A stretch of 64,000 nt of DNA. Origin: Senegalimassilia sp. (lineage in GTDB: Bacteria; Actinomycetota; Coriobacteriia; Coriobacteriales; Eggerthellaceae). Positions 58,745 through 64,000 of this stretch are shown one piece after another. The DNA is taken from assembly GCA_963619015.1 (NCBI GenBank), contig CAVEUW010000003.1:2640-66639 (forward strand). The letters run 5' to 3'. The notes beneath the pieces are model-generated. The model was not told where the DNA came from. It saw only the letters and a list, made by a program, of their open reading frames with translations, and ran no database searches. Each line of letters begins with the position of its first letter. The first letter of the stretch is position 1. The position numbers and the translations under genes are program-made.

Positions 58745-60475
58745 CTATGATTCGCGAACGAACTTCACAGCGAAATGCGCATCTGATGTACCGGGTTCCA
58801 GTCGCGTTGCAATGCAGTTACGCCCATCAATCGGACAGACCGTAAAGCATTTACCCGCTTCACTCGAAAGGAACTCAGAAACAACGCCGGCATTTTCTTC
58901 GCGCGTAACCGTACAAGTTGCGTACGCAAGTGTCCCGCCAGGGGCCACATGAGACGCAGCAGCCTTAAGCATCCCAAGCTGCGTACGCGTAAAGCCGGCA
59001 ATATCGCCCTCGGACAAACGCCAACGAATTTCCGGATGGCGGCGTAGGGTACCAAGACCAGAGCACGGCGCATCAATGAAAACGAAATCGAAAGTACGCT
59101 CGCCTATCGCGCTATCAAGCTGCAACGCATCAGCCGTAAGAGCCTCAGAAACATACACGCCATACTGCTCGGCACGTCCTTTAAGGATATTCGTCTTGAA
59201 CTCGTGGTTATCAAGCGTAACGTATTCTTCTACCTGAGACCCATACTTACGTTGTGCACCCGACTGCAACAAAATGGTTTTTGTAGCACGGCCAGCACCA
59301 ATTTCAAGCACACTATCAGGCTTTTTATCGGGAAGAACACTAAAAGCCACCAACTGAGAAGCTGCATCAGTCACAATCATTTTGCCTTGTTCGATCTGGC
59401 GCGCCACACCCGGCACCAAAAGCGCTCTCCGCTCAGGCACGCGCATGCAACCAGGAACTTCAGTAGAGCCAAAACTCATCGGGAGCACTTCTTCGTCAGC
59501 GCGTTCAAACGCACGACAAACCGACTCTTCATCAGTCTTACAAGCATTAACCGCTACGAAAATGGGAGCAGGCTCATTAGAAGCACGCATAAAGTTAACG
59601 GCGGCCTCTACACCCATTTCGCGCACAAGCTTTTCAGCAATCCAGGTAGGGAAAGCCTGCGTACGCGCAAGGGCAGCGATATCTTGAGTGGGGTTTCCGA
59701 AGGGGAATTCTAAGCGCAGGCGAACAATTTTATGCAGCACAGCATTAGCCACACGAACTGCAGGACCAGGACTAAAGGACTTCACCAGCTCTACGCCCTG
59801 ATCAACTGCTACATGGGGTTCCTTGCCCAAAAATATCATTTCATACGTAGAAATTTGCAGCGCGTCGCGTGTTTCACGAAACACATCGGTAGGTTCATCA
59901 AGGGCACGATCGATAATCTCGTCAAGTGTACCGCGTGCGCTAACCGTGCCTAAAGCAAGCAGTGTTGCAAAAGCGCGGTCTTCAACCGACATCTTGGATT
60001 TATCAATAACCTGCGAAATTACTTCCTGAGCAAAAGCATTGCGCTCACGAACCGCGCGTACAACCTCTAAAGCAGCAAGACGCGCAGGAGTTGCCTTTGT
60101 CTTATGACGGCGAGGCTTATCGAAGGTTTTGGAACTAGCTTGCGACCCCTTTCGAGCATTGCTTGCACCATCAAACTTACGACGCGGATCACGTGTGGTA
60201 TTGCGATGACGAAAATCACGCTTAGGCTCATGTGAACTGCACGCTGAAGAATCAGCTGAACCATTTGAAGCTCCACGCGAAGGCCCATGTGAAGCGCCCT
60301 TTTTGTATCTAGTTTTTTCAGAGGCGCTAAAACGTTTATTCCCAGACGGTTTTCCACTTCCTCGTGAGTCGCCATTTGATTTTCCACGGTACGAACCACG
60401 AGAAGAATTTCCCTTATAGCCGCCTTTACCCGAATTGCGACGAGAACCGTTATCGCGAGTATCTTGTTCAGCCAC
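58745..60475 (-). CDS. rsmB: 16S rRNA m5C967 methyltransferase RsmB/Sun-like, with long basic N-terminal extension
   Basis: NusB-like domain, DAPCSGLGTLRRHPEIRW, YATCT; follows fmt. GTG start after SD GGGAGGG. Confidence 0.85.
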   Translation of the reverse strand: MAEQDTRDNGSRRNSGKGGYKGNSSRGSYRGKSNGDSRGSGKPSGNKRFSASEKTRYKKGASHGPSRGASNGSADSSACSSHEPKRDFRHRNTTRDPRRKFDGASNARKGSQASSKTFDKPRRHKTKATPARLAALEVVRAVRERNAFAQEVISQVIDKSKMSVEDRAFATLLALGTVSARGTLDEIIDRALDEPTDVFRETRDALQISTYEMIFLGKEPHVAVDQGVELVKSFSPGPAVRVANAVLHKIVRLRLEFPFGNPTQDIAALARTQAFPTWIAEKLVREMGVEAAVNFMRASNEPAPIFVAVNACKTDEESVCRAFERADEEVLPMSFGSTEVPGCMRVPERRALLVPGVARQIEQGKMIVTDAASQLVAFSVLPDKKPDSVLEIGAGRATKTILLQSGAQRKYGSQVEEYVTLDNHEFKTNILKGRAEQYGVYVSEALTADALQLDSAIGERTFDFVFIDAPCSGLGTLRRHPEIRWRLSEGDIAGFTRTQLGMLKAAASHVAPGGTLAYATCTVTREENAGVVSEFLSSEAGKCFTVCPIDGRNCIATRLEPGTSDAHFAVKFVRES

Positions 60476-61427
60476 GAGTGCCCTCCCAAGTCTTTGTTCC
60501 ATCTTTGATTCCTTGTACGCCTGCAGCAAATGCCTTAGCTTCCATAGCCTGTTTGCCGTCAGGTTTTACCCGTAAAACTTCAACTGCGCCATCCGACGCG
60601 CCAATAAACAGTCGCTTGCCAGCAAAACGCACAGCACCTGCGCAAATCCCCTCGGAAAGTTTCGTTGCGTCTTCATCATCAGCTACGGTTTTAGCCGCAA
60701 GTACGGTAAGTTTTTTGCCAGCAACCACCGCATGACTTGGATGAGCATCAGACGATGCTTGTACTTTACGGCAGACTATTTGCGCGCTATCAGAAGGCGA
60801 AACATCCAATTCACCACGCTCAATTTTAGTGGCGTAGGTAACAGCATCTTCAGCTTGTTTTGCCCAATACAGAGCACCAGAGGGAAGCTGAGCAAGAGCC
60901 GTCAAGAGCGCATGAGCACCTAAATCGGCAAGCTGGTCAGTCAAAACATCTGCGGACTGGTCGGCAATATCAATAGCACGGGAAATGCAGTAATCGCCAG
61001 TATCAAGGCCTTCTTCCATACGCATAATACAAACGCCGGCCTCTTGGTCGCCTGCAAGAATTGCACGCTCTACCGGAGCCGCGCCACGCCAACGAGGCAA
61101 CAAAGACGCATGAACATTCAAGCAGCCGTATTTCGGAATTGAGAGAACGTCAGCAGGCAAAATCATTCCGTACGCCGCAACGCAAATTACATCAGGGTGC
61201 ATGTCTGCAATAGCCTGCTGCTCAACAATGTCTCGCAAATTAGAAGGAGTGCGAACAGGAATGGAATGTTTTTGTGCAACCTCACTCACTGGAGATGGGG
61301 TGAGTTTCTTTCCGCGACCACGCACCGCATCGGCTCGAGTAAACACGCCAACAACTTCATGAACAGGTGCAATAGCTTCCAATATAGAGGCAGCAAAGCT
61401 TGGCGTTCCCATAAACACTACGCGCAT
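60468..61427 (-). CDS. fmt: Methionyl-tRNA formyltransferase
   Basis: FMGTP, VAAYG, NVHASLLPRWRGAAP, GLDTG. Confidence 0.96.
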   Translation of the reverse strand: MRVVFMGTPSFAASILEAIAPVHEVVGVFTRADAVRGRGKKLTPSPVSEVAQKHSIPVRTPSNLRDIVEQQAIADMHPDVICVAAYGMILPADVLSIPKYGCLNVHASLLPRWRGAAPVERAILAGDQEAGVCIMRMEEGLDTGDYCISRAIDIADQSADVLTDQLADLGAHALLTALAQLPSGALYWAKQAEDAVTYATKIERGELDVSPSDSAQIVCRKVQASSDAHPSHAVVAGKKLTVLAAKTVADDEDATKLSEGICAGAVRFAGKRLFIGASDGAVEVLRVKPDGKQAMEAKAFAAGVQGIKDGTKTWEGTRG

Positions 61428-61430
61428 AGG

Positions 61431-61964
61431 TTAGCCCTCCACAGAAGTTTCGCCCGGACGAGCACCTGCAGCAAGCGCTATCTCATAATCCTGTAGCGCT
61501 TGAATACGCGCCATAGAATCTGCGCGTTCAAACATGGTTACGCCATCAAGATGATCGGTTTCATGCTGTAAACAGCGGCCAAGCAAGCCATCACCTTCAA
61601 TTTCCCACTCTTCGCCATCCAAATCGAAGAAACGGCAACGCGCAAAAGGCGGGCGCGCAATAGGAACCGAAATACCAGGAATGGAAAGACAGCCCTCCCC
61701 TTCAGTCACCGGGTCGCCCTCGCGAGCAACGATAACGGGGTTCACCATGATAAGAGGATTACGAGCGCCGTCTTCTTGGTCGCAATCAATAACAACCAAG
61801 CGCTTCAGCACGCCTACCTGAGGGGCAGCAATGCCACAGCCTGCGTTTTTGTACATAAGATGAGCCATTTGCTTAGCAAGGCGCTTCAATGATTTGTCGT
61901 TAAAGTCGCACGGCTCGCAAACCGTATTCAATAAAGGGTCGGGCGATTGCACGATCGACAGCAT
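61431..61964 (-). CDS. def: Peptide deformylase
   Basis: GCGIAAPQVG, EGCLS, QHETDHLDG. Confidence 0.96.
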   Translation of the reverse strand: MLSIVQSPDPLLNTVCEPCDFNDKSLKRLAKQMAHLMYKNAGCGIAAPQVGVLKRLVVIDCDQEDGARNPLIMVNPVIVAREGDPVTEGEGCLSIPGISVPIARPPFARCRFFDLDGEEWEIEGDGLLGRCLQHETDHLDGVTMFERADSMARIQALQDYEIALAAGARPGETSVEG

Positions 61965-62144
61965 AAAGTCCTCCTCGTAAAGCAGTTGCTATGAGATTAG
62001 TTGCATTACACATAATGCAGTGCAAGTAGTTTGCATTTTCGCACGGGTTGCACGCTGAATTTTGCCGTATTAAGAGATTCCACAGAAAGACGAGGTGACT
62101 ACAGAGAGAATGCGAAAGTTGGGCGCAAATACAACCAAGCCCAA

Positions 62145-64000
62145 CTACGCCATGGAATGAGCGCGTTTTCGAGCAGTAATATCTCGCTGCATTGCTGCGA
62201 CAGTCTCAAACAGCATCTCGTATTCTTCAGGATCAAGTGAATCAGGCGCGGAAAGCTGCAAGCGCAGACTCGCAACGGCATCTTCTGCATCTCCAATTGC
62301 AAGTTCTTCAACCAAATATGAAGCTAAATACTCAGGTTTAGCAGACTGAGGAAAGCCATGGGTGAGCAAGTTTGCAGCACGTGAGTCTACAAGTGCTGCC
62401 GCGCTCACAATGCTTGCTGCGCTAGAAGTTGGGTCATCGGCAAGCGTGTTAAGCATGCTCGTCGCAACCGTTTGACACAACGGATCATGCCATTGTGTCT
62501 GAGCAAGGGCGTCTGCATGCATAAGGGCAATAGTTGGATTCGCTGCAACTAAGGCAAGCAACTGTCGCTCAAACTTTCGACGATTACGCTCCTCTGCTGG
62601 CATAGAAACCTGACGACCAGACAGCGCAGTAGTAGCAGATGAAGCAGAAGAGGTGGTGGTTGCACTTTGACGGGCGGACGCATTTTGATCTTCCTCAAAA
62701 ACACGAGGAGCTTTCAAGGCAGATAACTGCTCGAGCACGTCTTCTTCACGCTGACGACAACGGCTTGCAATCTGACGAGCGTAATCTTTCGCCAAAACGG
62801 AATCTTTAATAGGCGCCAAAACCGAAAGCGCATCAGTAAGTGCAGCGGCTCGCCCTTCCGCACGCGTTAAATCGTGGTTAGAAAGCCTACGCTCAATTCC
62901 GTATTCAAGAAGAGGCTTAGCCGCATCGATGAGCGCCTGTAGTTTTTCTGCCCCGTGCGATTGTAAAAACTCAGCAGGATCAAGGTTGTCGGGCAACGTT
63001 ACTGCTGCAAGTTCGATACGCATATGACCAGCTTCGGGGGTCATTGAAGAATCGATAAATTGCAAGGCTCGATCTGCCGCACGTTGACCTGCGGCATCGC
63101 CATCAAACAGGTACACAATTCGATTGCGTGCATGACGTGAAAGTACGCGAATATGTTGACGCGTTAGCGCGGTACCAAGAGTAGCTACCGCATTGGTAAT
63201 TCCCGCTTCATGCATAGCAATTACGTCTGTGTATCCTTCACAAACAACAGCACATCCACTTGCTGTCATAGAAGCTTTAGCCTTATCAAGCGCAAACAGC
63301 ATTCGCCCCTTATGAAAAAGAGGTGTCTCTTGCGTATTTAGATACTTAGGCTCGCCTTGTCCAATAACGCGTCCGCCAAAGGCAATACAATTGCCAGCCT
63401 CGTCATTAATGGGGAACATCACGCGATTATAGAAGCGGTCGCGCAGCTTTCCATCACGGCCATTTAGCGCAACATTAGCCTGCACCATTTCTTCAGGCTT
63501 AAACCCCTTTCAGGCAAGATGACGAACCAGTACCCCACGACCCGGAGCGAACTCAAGCTGCCAGTTTTTCGTCACCTGGCCACCAAAGTTACGACCATTC
63601 AGATATGCACGTGCAGCACCTGCATCAGCAGACTTTGCACGCATCAGTTGCGTATGGTAAAACTCTGCTGTTTCAGCACAAACAGCTTGCAAACGGGCCT
63701 TTTGACCGGAGCTGGCGCCATTACGTTGGCCCGGGGCATCGTCTGCGATATCTATATGGGCACGTTCGGCGAGTCGACGAACTGCCTCAGGGAAGGTTAA
63801 GTCTTCTGACTTCATGATGTATGCAAAAACGTCACCACCTTCACCGCAGCCAAAGCAATGCCACAGTTGAAGAGCTGGATCAATTTTGCAAGATGGCGTT
63901 TTCTCGTTATGAAATGGACAGCAAACCCAAAAATCGCGTCCACGCTGCTTAACAGGAGTGCGTTCACCTATAATCGCGACAAGATCGCTCGCCTCACGAA
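62145..64000 (-). CDS. dnaG: DNA primase (5' end outside the window; in-frame TGA at 63510-63512)
   Basis: One reading frame from the window edge: CCPFHNEKTPS...HCFGC zinc finger, then RHLA-TGA-KGFKPEEM, DRFYNRVMFPI, FGGR, KYLNT, CEGYTD, ATLGT, FDGDAAG (TOPRIM), DPAE. Confidence 0.9.

Noticed and set aside
62099..62311. Separate small gene or frameshifted extension at the dnaG 3' end
   Set aside because: Alternative-frame overlap with the dnaG C-terminus; no SD or motif support.
63510..63512. Genome-wide UGA reassignment (genetic code 4 or 25)
   Set aside because: TGA ends rsmE (12984), dusB (17266) and the oxidoreductase beta gene (53129) at the expected lengths, and the other genes translate fully under the standard code.

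Overview
Core-genome window from an anaerobic Actinomycetota, most likely class Coriobacteriia (Eggerthellaceae-like). This is inferred from mIHF, the pyrR-pyrB-pyrC-carAB-pyrK-pyrD-pyrF-mihF-gmk-rpoZ order, a GAAC-N4-GTTC SOS box and a complete selenocysteine system. Most genes are on the minus strand. Housekeeping blocks: rnj/dapA/dapB/pnp/rpsO, recO-era-ybeY-phoH, hrcA-dnaJ-rsmE-mtaB with a CIRCE element, lepA-dusB-hemW, rpsT, comEA-comEC-holA, thiI, the pyr operon with two PyrR attenuators, and def-fmt-rsmB. The most notable region (39.1-50.0 kb) is a selenium locus. It holds selA, selB, tRNA-Sec and a selenoprotein SelD (in-frame UGA plus SECIS-like hairpin, missed by the ORF track), interleaved with YedF, DUF3343, a Cys/Sec-lyase-type PLP enzyme, a double-cubane-cluster reductase with its ATP-dependent activator, and a GT4 glycosyltransferase. 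The set is a candidate uncharacterised selenium-mobilising or selenosugar-forming pathway. Other points: a ~128-nt highly structured candidate ncRNA upstream of rpsT, a 24-aa hydrophobic toxin-like peptide and a LexA-boxed Y-family polymerase cassette after selC, an acyl-CoA synthetase/2-oxoacid:ferredoxin oxidoreductase cluster, and an in-frame TGA inside dnaG. No CRISPR array, rRNA, integrase or transposase was seen. Product calls rest on motif recognition by eye, not database searches.
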